From Orbicella franksi (Eukaryota), in NCBI GenBank assembly GCA_964199315.1, contig OZ116712.1, positions 7,440,001 through 7,504,000 on the forward strand: 64,000 nt of DNA, in the 5' to 3' direction. The notes under the pieces were generated by a model, which saw only the letters and a list, made by a program, of their open reading frames with translations, was not told the origin of the DNA and made no database searches. The translations under genes were made by a program, and so were the position numbers. The first letter of the stretch is position 1, and each line of letters begins with the position of its first letter. Positions 23,475 through 37,186 of this stretch are shown piece by piece.

Positions 23475-24074
23475 ATAAAATTTCTCTTTCCCATATAAAT
23501 TCATTCATTAACTAAGGGATATTTTATCGATGTGTAAAAATGTTGTCAAATTGACACCAATAGTAAAAAGTAACACTAGTGATAACGTGCAGAATTCATT
23601 TGCACAACTGTCCGTCTTTCAAAAAAAAGAAAAGAAAGCTACGGTTGAGTCACTGTGGTATTGCTGAGAACAATTTTATTTGCCAAAATTCCACTTATTC
23701 TTCAAAACCAAACATTGTCAACAAATTATGACTGCGTTCACATTGCCTTTAGCGTAGGGTCAAATAGCAGCGCTCTTTCCTGAAAAAACTTTCTGATGAA
23801 TGCTCAGCCATTATATGGACTATTCCAGTACTGGAAAAATACAGAATACAAAATTATTCCCATTACGAGTTATCAAAATTGCAACATTTGAAGGGAAGTA
23901 GACTTTGCATGTTTGTTTTGAGCTGTCTGGTTCAGCATGCCATATTTAGTCTCAGGAAATGTAAATTCTGTTGAAGTTGAACCTCTATCTAGAGCATGCA
24001 TGTTGGCGAAGCTAGTGCCTGCCACACCGTGCTTCAACCACAAAGTCTAAACAGGATGGCAATGGGCTTCGCCG

Positions 24075-24450
24075 CATCCCAATCATTTAACAGTACAGAC
24101 TTAAGTTTCTTACACTTACACCTCTCTAAATCGTTCAGGTTGAGTTGAGCTACCTCAATCATTTAACAGTACCTTAACCTTTGAGAATGACCCCTCTTCT
24201 GAGCGAGCACGTGAACCAAGTTAATCCACGCCGAGTCTCAATCTTTCAACAGTAACTTAACTTTAAAACTGACCCTTCTCCTTAGCATGCACGTTGTCGA
24301 CTAGGTTGGTCCCCGCTGAACCTCAATCACTTCCTGACAACAGTAAATTAACTGACACTGACATCTCTCCAAAGCTTGCACGTTGTCAAGAAGGTTGGTC
24401 CCGGCCGAACTTCAATCGTTTAACTGTAACTTCATTCTTTTTAAGATTGA
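24075..24450. repeat. Degenerate five-unit minisatellite (76-89 bp period)
   Basis: Anchor caatc..ttaacagta at 24080, 24156, 24239, 24324 and 24413. Neighbouring units also share gcacgttgtc...ggttggtccc. Confidence 0.75.
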
Positions 24451-25326
24451 CACCACTCTTGACTACTCACGTGGTTTGGTGACTATCACATTTCAGTCGT
24501 TCTACTTGTCTCTGAGAAAGATACTTGGGTAAAACCATACTCAACAGACAAGCTTGAGCTGGGGTATAATAAACTTGTTTTTGATTGGACACTGAAAATA
24601 GCATGACTTTTTGTTACCTGTTTTGAAAGGTAAGCTATATCGAAGGTCAAGTTAATTTTGCATTTTTTCCACAGATGCAGCGAAATTAAAAAGAAAATCA
24701 AGTTTTCAGCGATGAGTGCTGCAAAGAAAACAAACGGGAAAGGGAGCGATGCTATTAATGATAGTATTTTGGAGGTGGACTGTGAAAAAAAAAAAAAATA
24801 CAGCCAATACCAGGTAAATTAGGCACTTTCCTAAAATATGATGACGTTGACTTCATAATAAAAGAACTAAAACATAATTTCCTTCTGCCAAGGATGCAGA
24901 AAAAACAAACAAACAAACAAAACCATGGGAAATACTCCTTAAAATCCCCCATTTGGATTTAACATTTTGATCCAGGAACTTGCAAAATAATCGACTTCAG
25001 GTTTGATTCTGGGAGCGAAGGTACATGTACAGTTGGACTCGCGTTGGCCACTTCATTACAAGCTTATCAGGTTCCTTTCATAGTTGATATGATGTCTTCC
25101 TCAAGACTGACAATTCTGCTAACGTTCCTGAGCATATTTCTTAATATATCCTTGAATTTGTTTTTAAAAATCAATTCAAGCTTTGCTTTCCGTCGAATGC
25201 AACTCCATTTGAACTATAAGCAGGATACGAAAACCTGGAACTCGCATTTGTGGTATTATTTTGGGCATTACACGAGTTTTACACAAATCTACGTTAGAAC
25301 TTTTTGTCGATTTGTAGTTGTAACTC

Positions 25327-25925
25327 TGATGCATTTACAGTTCTAAATAGAATGCCTGCAGGTAATTAAGAGAAATTCTGCTTTCCATGAAGAAACTCCT
25401 TACCATTCAGTCGCCAAAGCAGGCATCAGCCTCGCTAATAAATGCAATTCGAAACTCGAGCAGACAATTTCTTTTGTTGAGAGAAATCAAAATTACAAAT
25501 TAGTATTGAAACCAGAAAACCAAACCTGTTTGGTCATAGTGTCTAAGTTACAGTCTCTATCTATGAATCAATTCATTACTGATTGAAATGTCAAAGCGAA
25601 ATCTGTAATGAAAAGACGGCATTGATGGATTTTACAGCTCTAAATAGAATACCTGAAGCTCATTACGAGAAATTCTGCTCTGCACGAAGAAACTCCTTAC
25701 AAATTGGTCACAAGCACAGGTATCTAATAATAGGCCTTGATAATAGCAGTTCGAAACTCCAGCAGACAATATCTTTTGTTGAGAGAATTCAAAATTACAC
25801 ATCAGTACTGAAACCATAACGCGACCTGCTTGGTTACAGCGTCTACGTTACAGTCTCTATCTATAAATCTATTCATTACTGAGTGGAATATGAAAGCGAA
25901 ATCTGTAATGAAATGAAAGCACTGA
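25327..25925. repeat. Two-copy tandem duplication, ~297-300 bp period
   Basis: ctaaatagaat at 25343 and 25640; ttacagtctctatcta at 25548 and 25848; long co-linear similarity between them. Confidence 0.9.
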
Positions 25926-26740
25926 AAAATAACAGAACAAAAGCAATTGAGCCATACATGTTATGAAATACATCTCAATCCAAACCATTTTGTATTGCAG
26001 TAAACACTACTTACAACTTTTCACTGCTTACTGAGAATTTTGAACTTATCCTTCCGAGATCTTAGAGCATATAAAATTTTCATAAAAAGCTATGATTTGA
26101 GGCCAAATTAGATTAAGTAGTTCTTATACAGCTACCATTAATTCTGTTGCGGTCGACGTAATATCCTCTTCAAAGCTTTACCTGCCTTAAGTTTTAACAG
26201 TCATGGTCACAAAGTATGAGCAGAATAAAAAGCGTTGTTGTTCTGAGCTATACTGCTTCACCATGCGTTATCAGCGAGGAAAAATCTCCTTTTCTTTGTT
26301 GTGTAGAATTTTCTTGTCTTTTTTCTCCGTTGTATACGCAGCTGAGCTGGTTTGTTTATAAATATCTATTTTATGATTTCCTCCTTTATTGTATGGGTGC
26401 AGGTACAATATGATTGATTAACTAACATACAACCAGAAACGCATTGAGAAACATTCAACTTTGAAGTCTCTACAGGCTTATCACCTGTGAGGGCTGATAC
26501 CAAAGGCCGACATCGAGATTTGTCACACCTCCAATAAGTCGTATTTGAATTCACTTTGTGTTAACACAGCTGCAGTAATATATCAATTGTGCGGCCGGGA
26601 TGTCTTTGACACCGTTATTACGGCACTGTGATTGCGTTTTGAAGTCGGTAAAAAGAATTTAATCATCATCCTTAACAGAGCTTTTGTTCCAATCATCAGT
26701 TCTTCTTCCTTGTTATCATGCATTTCTTTTAACGCTAATT

Positions 26741-26870
26741 CTGAGAATTTAGCGTTACATCAAGACAATATCCCGCAGCGTGAGTTTGATGATTTGTTTC
26801 GTATTCGCTTCACCTGTTTGTTTGACAGAGTATTGATATACAAATCAAAATATATTGTTTTGAATTAATT
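26741..26870 (+). mobile_element. Core of a dispersed MITE-like repeat
   Basis: gagaattt....tacatcaagacaatatcccg...gtattga...tttgaattaat is shared with 51053-51210. Confidence 0.55.
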
Positions 26871-27208
26871 AAATGGTACAAAACTCCCTCAGAAAACACT
26901 AGTTGCCAATTTTTGATGATAGAAGAAAATTGTAATTGAAATATCATAAAACAAAGAAGAATTGCCGTTTATTATATGTACTGAGATTTACTCTAAACGA
27001 AGCAGTGAAAAAAAAACGGTATGTCAAAGAATAGAAACAATCTGATTGGTCATGCAATTTTTCTCACTGGTAAAACATATCTTATGACCAATCACAGGCC
27101 GTAAACGAAATTTCTCACTAATTAAAAGATCGTATTGGTTTTCCCGCCTTTCGGCGCGGCTTCCGAAAGTGAAGTTCACAACTTTCGCTGGCCTGCTTCC
27201 CCTGAATC

Positions 27209-27420
27209 ATGTCTTCAAGGTCTGCAGTCATTCTTTCAGTTGAGCAATTTATCGAAGACCAAGAAAACGAAAATTCAAAACAGAAAACTCAACAATCAAA
27301 CGTTGCTTTGCTTAAGGAATTTCTGACGCTGGAGCCGAGTCAAGACTTGAAGATTGAATTACCGCAAAGAAGCTGAATGCATGAATCAGCGAATTTACCA
27401 TTTCGGTACGAAAGAAAAGA
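27209..27420 (+). mobile_element. Decayed 5' coding fragment of a Crypton-type (tyrosine recombinase / DUF3504-associated) element
   Basis: MSSRSAVILSVEQFIEDQENENSKQKTQQSNVALLKEFL, then after a frameshift AKKLNA*ISEFTISVRKK. This matches the N-terminal pattern (EN.NT..KT...V.LLKEFL...ELN.Y.S.F..SVRKKDG..YEP) I recall for animal Crypton/KCTD1-ZMYM-QRICH1-like sequences. Confidence 0.55.
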
Positions 27421-30376
27421 GCTTTATACTTTTCTTTGAACAGACTTTGTTATCTTTTTTAATAAGCTGTTTAAAAGTACAATTTCGCCTTTATAAGCAT
27501 AATAGAATCCAGTCATTTAGGCGACTTAACAACGCGTACGATATTTATTCACTAGTTGTCGGAAGAATCGAAAAATCACTCATTCTTAGTTCTAGAATTG
27601 TATTTATGTACGTCACAGTTAAGTTTGGTAATGTTTTCAAATTTTAGAAGTTTCAACCTCATCAAAATAGGATTAGTATATGCATCAAAAGTACTTCTAG
27701 AAATTATCTTAATAATGACTAACTCGTTTCTAGATTACTACAAATAACCTATTACATAAAGTAATTCTGTGAAAATGGGAAATTTCTTTTCTCCACATAG
27801 TCTTTGAACTGATAGAATATTACCTGATCCTATGTTCAAATGACAGCTCTGTTGCTTGAAAATGACCTAACCTCGATCAGAATCTTCCAGTACGCTTTAA
27901 TTTCTTTGCTACAATGATCTTAGTCTGTCATTAAACACCAAAGCATGGCAAGGAACCATCGTTCCTTTTAACGTTAGTTTGAAAATGCATATATCCCATA
28001 CATGTGAAATTCTTGAAAAAGTGTACAGTTAGGAGATCGATATGTAGTACAAGCTGATTGTTCAATAATGTCAGAAGTCATTTTGGCTGCTGCCAAATAG
28101 AGATCCTCTCCTACTTCTCTCCCCAAATAATGTTGACAAATGGGAGAAGTGCTAAATATAGGCCTTTCCACGAATATTCGGATATTTAGAACTGTCCGAG
28201 GTATTTAGAAAATATTAAAATGTTTAGAAAATCTAGGGATATTTAGAAATATTCACAGCTTTTTTTGGCTGACCTCTGTGCTAAGTGATTCAAAATATGT
28301 TTACTTTTAAAACAAAACTAAAAGATATTTAGAGGGTTTTTCCAGATGTTTCGAAAACGTTTGCGATATTGAGAAATTTTTTGAGAATTTCCAGAAAGAC
28401 ATTTAGGCAATTTAACGTGATGTTTGGAATTTTTTTCAACTTGCACTGGCCTAAAGCTCTAAAGGCTCGTTTAATTTTAAGAGAATTTTTAAATATCACT
28501 CCAGTGTAAATCCTCGCATTCATACCATTACATATACTAATTTTCGTTCCAACTATTCACACTTTAAAGTAAGTTTCTTTATTGTAGAAAGTGAGACAAT
28601 AGGTTCCTCGCCATCACAAGTTAACTTAGTAAATGGGATATTACATATATTATAGTCGTTTTCAGCCATTATTTGTTATGGGATGGGTAAATGCACCGAA
28701 AGGTAAATTTTGCAGTGAAAAGTTTGTTTTTTAACGCATATACGGCTTCAATAAATACTTTACTTTAGGAATTAACGAAGACAGGCCTTCCTGGTCTACC
28801 TTCACCAAAAAATGCAAAACTGAGACTCCAAATTAGCAGAGCAACGGAAGGACGTTTTGCTTTGTGTTCACTCTTGACGAAGCCAAATAATCGATAGAAG
28901 TTGAAGTCTGCTCTGTCAAAAAACTTGAAGATTTTTTAGCGCAACAGTAGCTTGTTCCTAAGGTACCTAAGCAGCTACTACTATACCTGCCTGACACCAC
29001 TCTTACTCAAGGCCCAGGTCTCGTGTGTGTGTGATCTTGAGACAGGAAATTCCACAATCAATGTTCTTGAAACATGACGAAAACGTTGTCCGTCGTATTG
29101 ATTGCTCATTTAAAATTAGAAAAACAAAGAGTTTTCTTTCAACGAAAATATATTGGGGTATGTAGTGACAATTTGAAGCGTTTGTATTCGGCTCTATTTG
29201 GAAACACTCGACTATCTGTGACCTTACTGAAAGTGTGAACACTTGCATACGACTATAATATTATTATTGCGTTTAAAGACGAATTTATTTTCGTTTCGTC
29301 TAGGATAATCGTAGTTGGCCGAGGAGGTTACCGTCGAGTTTTTAATTTTTATATCGTTCAGGCAGGAACGAGCAAACACGTCGAAAATTGCCACGTTGGC
29401 TTGTTGTCGTCAAGCATCATGGTATCGATCCTTATGAAAACCGCTCATTTGATACGCCAATCCTCCGATATACATGTAGAAAGATAACAAATGTTCAAAA
29501 TACTGTGCTTTTGCGCAAATGTAAAAGTAAGGTAAAAACTTATGCTAAGTGGCAAATGTTTATTGAATTTACCCCGCCTATCGATCTTGATCCCTGCGAA
29601 TGGCATTAACAGTAGAACGTAAATGTTTTTTTGAGATGTGAAGCTAACACAAATAATTATAGACTTTTTTGTATTATCATTATTGTAAAATTGACGCGCA
29701 GTCAGCCCAGAACCCGCAAAGGTAATTAGTTCACTAAAAATAATAGTTTACACACCTTTTTTGTTTAATTCCAGTTCAGTTCCTAGTACTTCTTGTAGTC
29801 TTGGATTTAACTCTTTTGACAAACAGTAACTTCACCTGCGGGTTCAAAGGGAAAATTGGAACTCACTAGATCAATTATTCATTCTCCACAGACACTGTAC
29901 CTACTGCGTTAAAGTTTCGTGTGTGTTAAGAGTGGTTTTTGTCCAAATTTGGCTATATTTAAAGAATATAGACTGACATCTAGAAAGCGCTGCTCACTGA
30001 ATCTTGTTGCTTGATCTTCCTCACCCCACTACGCCCACGCCTCATTCTACAGAGGTCTACAAACTTCACAATCTCACCTTCTCTTTCTACTTTTTTGCTT
30101 CACATTTATTAACAATTTTTCATAAACAAAACAAAAGTTAAGAGGTGGCCAATCGCGGATACTACAAATTATCAAACAACGAAGTACCTTCACTGTGTAT
30201 AAATGAATCGACACGTCTTAGCGTTGCATGTAGTCTTGAGTAACTCTTTTTTAAAACACAGTTATACCACTGAAATGAGTTCCTTATTCAGCGTGCTACT
30301 TTGTGCTCAACATTTTCTTCACTACTTAATGTCTTCGGAAGGCATACTAATACACTCAAAAAGCTTTGCTGCCAAC

Positions 30377-30712
30377 AAATCACGTCGATTCGTCCCTCTA
30401 AGCAGCACAAAATCCGACCGTCAAATTTATTTCGCTACATTTGTTACTCGTGTGATTCCACTTGTCAAAGAATCGTCTGCTCAGAAATCACGTCGATTCG
30501 TCCCTGTAAGAAGCACAAAAACCGACCTCCAAATTTGTGATATTTCGCTATATTTGTTACTCGTGTGATTCCACTTCTCAAAGAATCGTGTGCTCAGAAA
30601 TCAAGTCGATTCGTTCCAAGAGCTAAGCACAAAAATCTACCTTCAAATTTTTGTTATTTCGATCCATTTTTTACTCGTGTGATTCAGCTTCTCACAGAAT
30701 CGTCTTTAGAAT
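30377..30712. repeat. Three-copy tandem repeat, 108-113 bp period
   Basis: aaatca.gtcgattcgt.cc....agcacaaaa...ttactcgtgtgattc.actt.tca.agaatcgt starts at 30377, 30485 and 30598. Confidence 0.9.
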
Positions 30713-33700
30713 AAATTAAACGGAACAGTCTTTGTAGCTTACAACCACAATTAAAGAATATTAGACTTATTACTTTTCCTTTTTTTTCATATAATAATCC
30801 TGTTCATCATTACTAATCGATATTCATTTCATTACTTGATCAGGAAAAACAAAAAAGCGAAAAGCAAACCCATTAAAAGTATCGCAGTTTACCTCAACTG
30901 TAGCTTGATTGTCTGATATTAGAAAATCTTGCTAGTCCAGTTTAAATGCTCGTTGGCTATGTTCACTGTTTTCACATTATCCACTGGCCGGCGATGAATT
31001 TTAAATATTTCGTGTATAAACTAAGCCAGTATTTCCTTTGTTCTTTTATTTGCTTCGCATTTTCACGAACGCGCGTGAAGCCATTGTTCTTTTCATTGGA
31101 GCTGACGCCTCTTGTTTGGTTAAAAGATGAAACAAAACCACTCTGTGTTTTTCAAGGAAAAACACAACTGCAATTTGCTCGAAAATCTCTGCGTAAACAG
31201 CATGACGAAATGTCCGTCAGTGAAGTGTTAAGAGGCATTTACTGGCATTGTTTTCAAGTTTGCTGAACATAAAATGATTGTTTTTCTTGATACCGAAGCC
31301 GTGGAAATTACCTAAAAACGTTTAAGTGACAGTGAAGTTCCTTATCTGTTACTCCATTATCGAAAATTGAATTTAATATTCATTGCTCTCAAGTGATACG
31401 GACTTTGAAGTGAGTGAATGAAAGTGCTTTGGACGGGGCTTCCTCAGCTGGGTTAACAAAGCTGATTTCTAAATTCGACATCTAATCTTGCTAAGGTAAA
31501 AACATATCGTTCTTTGTTTTCTTAAAGGGATGATTCAATGCAAATCTTGTCAAGTTAAGTCTAGGCAATCTTACAAACCAGTCAATGGAGCGTAAATTAT
31601 TTCAACCTCTGTATATTTAACGACAACTCGTGATTAGTAAAACGTGTAATGTTCACTATTTCGTTTGGAGGAAAACACCAGTTGTAATTGATAAACGGTA
31701 CATAAATACGCCACGCGTTACTTTTTAAACTTCGAATCGTTGCGTTTCTTTTAAACAAAAATTAATAATGAAAAAAGCAGAAAAGACCTGTTTTGATATA
31801 ACTGAATATTTTCAGCATAATAAACCGTACTATACGAACATACTGCTTAACGGCTTAAAGTCATAAGTGAATGTTCCGAATTTCTAGTGAAAAGAAATTA
31901 TTATAAATTATTTGTCCAATGTTATTGGGAAAAGGTTTGTATGGCGAAATCGTGGAACAATGCTCCTTACATTGTCCTTAATGCTAATAATTTTTGTGAT
32001 CATTAAATTAATTCTCTTTACTTTAATACTTGTTTGTGTATTGGTTTAAAAAAGGGATACCGATCTTCCTACGGCTCACATAATCACCTAACTCAGATAT
32101 TTCGTTGTTATAGGTAATTAAAGATTATGCCTGAAACAAGGCTGATTTCAAAACGAAAAGAAAACATGCGCTTATTTCTTTTAGCTTCTACGCAGACTCT
32201 ATAATTTGCCAACCTTCTCATAACCACTTGTCTCAAAATATTTGTATTGGTTTGAATATTCTTCTCACGTCTGTTTGACTTCCATAGTTTTTTAAACTTC
32301 TCTTTCCCAAAAAATGGGACTGATAAATTTAATCTTGTGATATCTCAGAATACTTCCCAGCTCTATGCCTTATAACTGAGACCTTTTACACTGAATTAAA
32401 CACGTGTTTTAGCCGTTATTTCAATTTTCAATTGCTGGCTTAAAAGGAGAATGTTCTTTTAGTTTTCAGAAGCTTTATTTTTTCATTCTTGTTAATTGCA
32501 TTAAAGAATGAGATTTACGACGGTTTTGTTCGAAATCAATTTGCTTTCATTTTCTTTCAGTAAGTGAAGCGTGACGTTTTGAACGTGCTGGAAATTGAAA
32601 ACGTAAAAAAACAACTTTAAGTCATCTGTGATTTTCTCATGCCTTTAAGATGCATTTGGCAAAATTATTTAATGTCTTAAAGTCACCTGGTGAAATAAGT
32701 GCATTTGGTGAAACCTGATAGAGGTTACAAGCCGGTTATTTCCCAGCAAGGCAGGCTGATAGCTGACATTTCAACTGGTTGTTTATTTTAAAGAAAAGAA
32801 TAGCTGACTTGAAATCAGTTGTTTCCAAAGTATACTAAAGGCGAATTGAAGAACACAAAAGCAATAGGTATTGATGAGAAGTTTAGAAATCATTTTACGC
32901 AACTTTTCAAATAGATATTCCAAGAACGAGCAACATGTTATTTTCTCAGACAATATCAATAAAGATACGGTGGACAAGGAGAAAAACATCAGCTCCCCGC
33001 CACAAGAGAGGTTATTTTCTGGAAATTCTTAAGCTTACAAGGAACGAAATGTATAGTAATAAAAACGAACAATGAATATTCGAATTTTATTCTTACAGTC
33101 GTAAAGATAAGCGACAAGCTTGTTTTTTTTTTCCCAGTTAGTCTATCTTTGTAGATAATATTTGCTTATTGGTTTTAATCTAAGTTGGATATACAAAAGG
33201 TGGGAAAATTGGCAACGTTTTGACGGTGGATTTCACTGCAACAGTGAAGGGAAGATGAAGGCAGAGGTGAAGCTTTCTGGAATAAGGAAGCAGTTTCTGA
33301 ATGAAGGTGCCTATTATACAGAAAGATTTAAATTTACACCACAACTGTAAGACTGAAAAAACGGAAATTACTGAGTAGAAACGAACATCATGGAATATAC
33401 TACAACAATGTTATTGCTTTTTCCCCGAAAAAATTTACTAGAATCCAATCATTTTTATTCTTACATGTAATATCCCAAGGCATTCTATATGCAGTACCAG
33501 CGGGATACAAATATAGGATATGACAAATCGTGATTTTCGAATCCGAAGAGGCGGCACAATGGAATATTAGATTTAGCTTGTGAGTAAAGATAGAAGTTTA
33601 AGAATCTTGCGAATAGAATGTGAAGTAGCTTTGTGGTAACTACTTACAGAGTTCATTTCTGAAAGATTTTTATCTGATAACTTATTTCTTACGTTTGTTA

Positions 33701-36363
33701 CATGTCGAAACTTGTAAATGAATTTAGCTCAAGTAACACATTGCAAATTAGTGGTTTTCACTTTTCAGAAATTTCTCCGTTTTGAATTCCATTTTTGTGC
33801 GATGAGCTCTAACAGAGCCATTCCAAATGCTTCATAAGGACGAAATAATTCAAGTACAGTTTTTTTTTTCAGATTTTCTTAAGAATGGTTGTGTTGACTG
33901 ATTTACAAAGTCAGTAAGCGAAAATAACGGATTTTTACACTGCAGGTTTTCTTTAAATCATAACACGTAGTGTAATTTCAGCAACTCGTGCAATTCTTTT
34001 CTGTTGAAAATAATAATTTCAAAACTGATCTAAAATCTAAATTCAGTTCTGCTGATGAAGAAGAATAACTTACTGTGAATCGCGGGCCCACTTGCTTTAA
34101 AAGTGAAATAACGTCATACAACAGATGACTCAATTTGGCGGCTGGGATGCCCTCTGGTTTTTCGCCAGTGTTAAGGTCTTCCTTAAAGGCCTTCTTTTAA
34201 CTAATTGCATCGAAATGATTAAGTAATACGTGAGTAAACACTTCTGTTTCACAACGGAAGTAAATAACTAGACGTTTCGCGAAGATTAAATAAGATTTGT
34301 TATTAATAGATAATATCGAAAATTAGCAACCTGTCTCTATACGTTATGTTGAAGGGAAGCGTTTCCGCCACTTGTTTGAATCCGTTTTGAAATATTCTAA
34401 TAATATATTTGGAAGATCACTTTTTGAATTCTTTCATGTGGGTCGGAACGACGTGGAATAAATCTTTTTTCTTGCCTAAGAAAAAAAACATTTTGTTCAT
34501 CGGTAAATTGGCTAAGCCGACTAGTTAAAGCGCAATTATTAAATATCGTCGCAAAACTAAAGAAGCGGAAAATAAGCTCTCAAACACCATCACGAGCATT
34601 TCCAAAATTGATTTTCTAACGCCGTTCGTCTTATTACAAGAGTAAATAAGAAAGCGCTTGGTAAATGAAAATATCCGAACGTTTTGTTTTCCTGACCGGA
34701 AAAACACGTTATCTGAACAAACGGTAATAACTTAAACGAGTAAGATGAATTAAATTGATTCAGTACTCCTCCGTAATTGCTCAAAAATCATTTGTAATTG
34801 TTTAATACGAATTATCTTAATACGAACTATACTTTGAAATTATCGACATTTTTGACGGCATAAAGCCAGCAGAGACATTGGAATCATGTGGTGTGAAAAT
34901 TACGAAAGATTGAATTGGAGGCGCATCAAGCTTTAAGGAATAATATACGATTTGACAACGATATAGATAACAAAAGATTTCGCAGAAACAAATGCACGAG
35001 ATGATTTAAAATTTAATTTAACTGAATCTCGGTTAAATCTCCAATTCATCTATAAGACGATTTACCGGAGTCACTGAGTATTAAAATATTAAAATAACTA
35101 GGTTTCATAAATGTATCAAAGAATATAGAACCGTTTACAATCAGGTTAACTCGTTGTAAAAGTAAAGAACGTGATATTAAAAATGAACACAACTGACGAG
35201 TTGGTTCCTAGCTTGTCATCGTGTTAGTATAAAAGAATTAAGAAAACATATCAGTTTCGTAGAATAGCTGGGTTTGAAATAACAGTAAATTTATACACTG
35301 TCACGAGTACTTATTTTATATGTTGAGGGAGATAATTCACTTAGTGTGTTCTTTTCAAATTCGACTGGAGAACAGAAATGTCTTCGCGGACCTGTATAGA
35401 ACTGACAAAAACTGTAATAAATTATTGTTTCATAAACGTATAGGATTGCGAACTGAATTGTTGTTTATAGTCTTAAATGACCCAAATAATTAAAAAGCCA
35501 GTCAAGGCGCGAATGATATACGAGTTGAGAAAAAAAAACCCTGTTTTTACCATAACAAGCTATTGCAACTAAAATCTATTGTCAAAAAGAAACGCCATAT
35601 TTTTATCGGTGCAAATGTCTCATGCCTGATACAAAAATACACAATCACAGATATAATAAGTGCAAGTTGTTGTTACCAACAGATACATTAGTAATGTATC
35701 TCAACTATTCACTAGGTGATATAAGATAATAAGATCCGAACTGCCACATAAAGTTACCAAAGGCGTGATCGTCAGAATTTTGTGTTGTGCTTTCTCGTAA
35801 CGTAATTTTACTTACGCCTCACAGAAACAGACTCCCATAATTTTATTGCATTTCAGTAATGAGATCATCTGGCTTTATTGATGATAGATTGTTCGTAACG
35901 GTGTCTTTTTTTACGAACTTTGTTAGTATGAAATGTCAGGCTTGAATACATTTACTTCATAATAAAATCAAATAGGTAGAGACAGCTTAATAATAATCAG
36001 GGAAATTAATAACACAGGCCGTTTGCCTTCCGTAGCAAACAAACGATTTTGAAGTATCCGAAGTTTTCAAAAATTATTAGGAAACAATTTTACCCGATTT
36101 GAACATGATAATTAGCATAACGAGTTTAATTAAAAGTTACCATTAAATCAGCTACAAGAAGAATGCGGTTAACGGTTGACAATAACAAAATAAGGTTCAG
36201 TAGTCTCCAAATGTCTGTACCTTTATTTTGTAGTCTAGAGAAGACAGTGTTATTCACAGGTTCTTTACAACTTGCAGTTAACAAGAAAAAGGATACTTTG
36301 ATTCGTGATAGACCTTGGAGATAAGTCAAGAGAGTAGTTGGGTTTGTAACAGAGAATGATTGC

Positions 36364-36596
36364 TTAAAGGAGCTACGTCATGGTTTGCTCATCTTGAAAA
36401 GTTTAGTCTAAGTTTTTAGTTTGTAATCCGTGTCAATCTTCTCCATCGTTAATCATCCTTGTTCCTTTATGGTTTATTATTATCTCTTTGGTGTTTTCCT
36501 ATCTTAGTAAACTACTATTTTCAGGTTCCTTTGATTTAGAAGTCTTTTTGTACGTGGCCAAAATTAACTCATTTTGCTGTGACTGAACTCCTTTAA
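36364..36596 (-). mobile_element. MITE, full-length copy of the 6433-6649 family in opposite orientation
   Basis: TIR-like ends ttaaaggagctacgtca and gtgactgaactcctttaa. Internal homology to 6433-6649 and 8971-9115. Confidence 0.75.
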
Positions 36597-37186
36597 ATTC
36601 TGATAGCACTTCTCATACACAACCGCACTAGTTATCATCCAAATCTCACTGTTCGAAATGCGGGAAAATTTGATTATCAAAACCCGTCATGTTCTATTGG
36701 TGTCTCACGAAATTAGCAATTAACGAACGATTCTGCCTTCAACAACGACAACCCACTGATAAATTATGACATTTTACACAAGCTCGTCCATTAATTGGTT
36801 CATGGAGCAGGTATTGTGAGCCCTAACTAAATGATAGAAAGCGTTTTTTCACAACAACGGCAGAAATTCTCGCGCGCTCTCTGGCTAATTTTCATACTCA
36901 ATAAGCAGACAGACACATGAATATACAATTTCTGCCTTCTTGTAATCCTAAAAACACAAATTGATGTCAATTTGTTAATTCCAAAGGCATTCTAAAAAAG
37001 CAAGCTCCACATTTTAACATATCTGTTTCCATCTGACACCGGCCAACGATCGTTGTTATACAGTGTTCCTCATTTTGCTACCTTGCATGTTTGAGTCACA
37101 TTTCGAGCATGCTTTTGCAAATCTCTTTTTTTGCTTTTAAAAGAATATGAGGCTTTTATAGGTAACTGAGGTTCAGTTTCGCTCAA

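Noticed and set aside
24075-24450. CRISPR-like repeat/spacer appearance
   Set aside because: Eukaryotic context, no cas genes, degenerate anchors, and the intervening sequences are homologous to each other, so it is a minisatellite.
25583-25819. 78-aa ORF within the 300-bp duplication
   Set aside because: The sister copy has stops, and differences fall at all codon positions without synonymous bias.
26760-26800. GYCLDV ricin-B-like motif on the minus strand (also at ~51065-51090)
   Set aside because: Falls in the shared core of a dispersed repeat; flanking frames are not conserved between the two copies.
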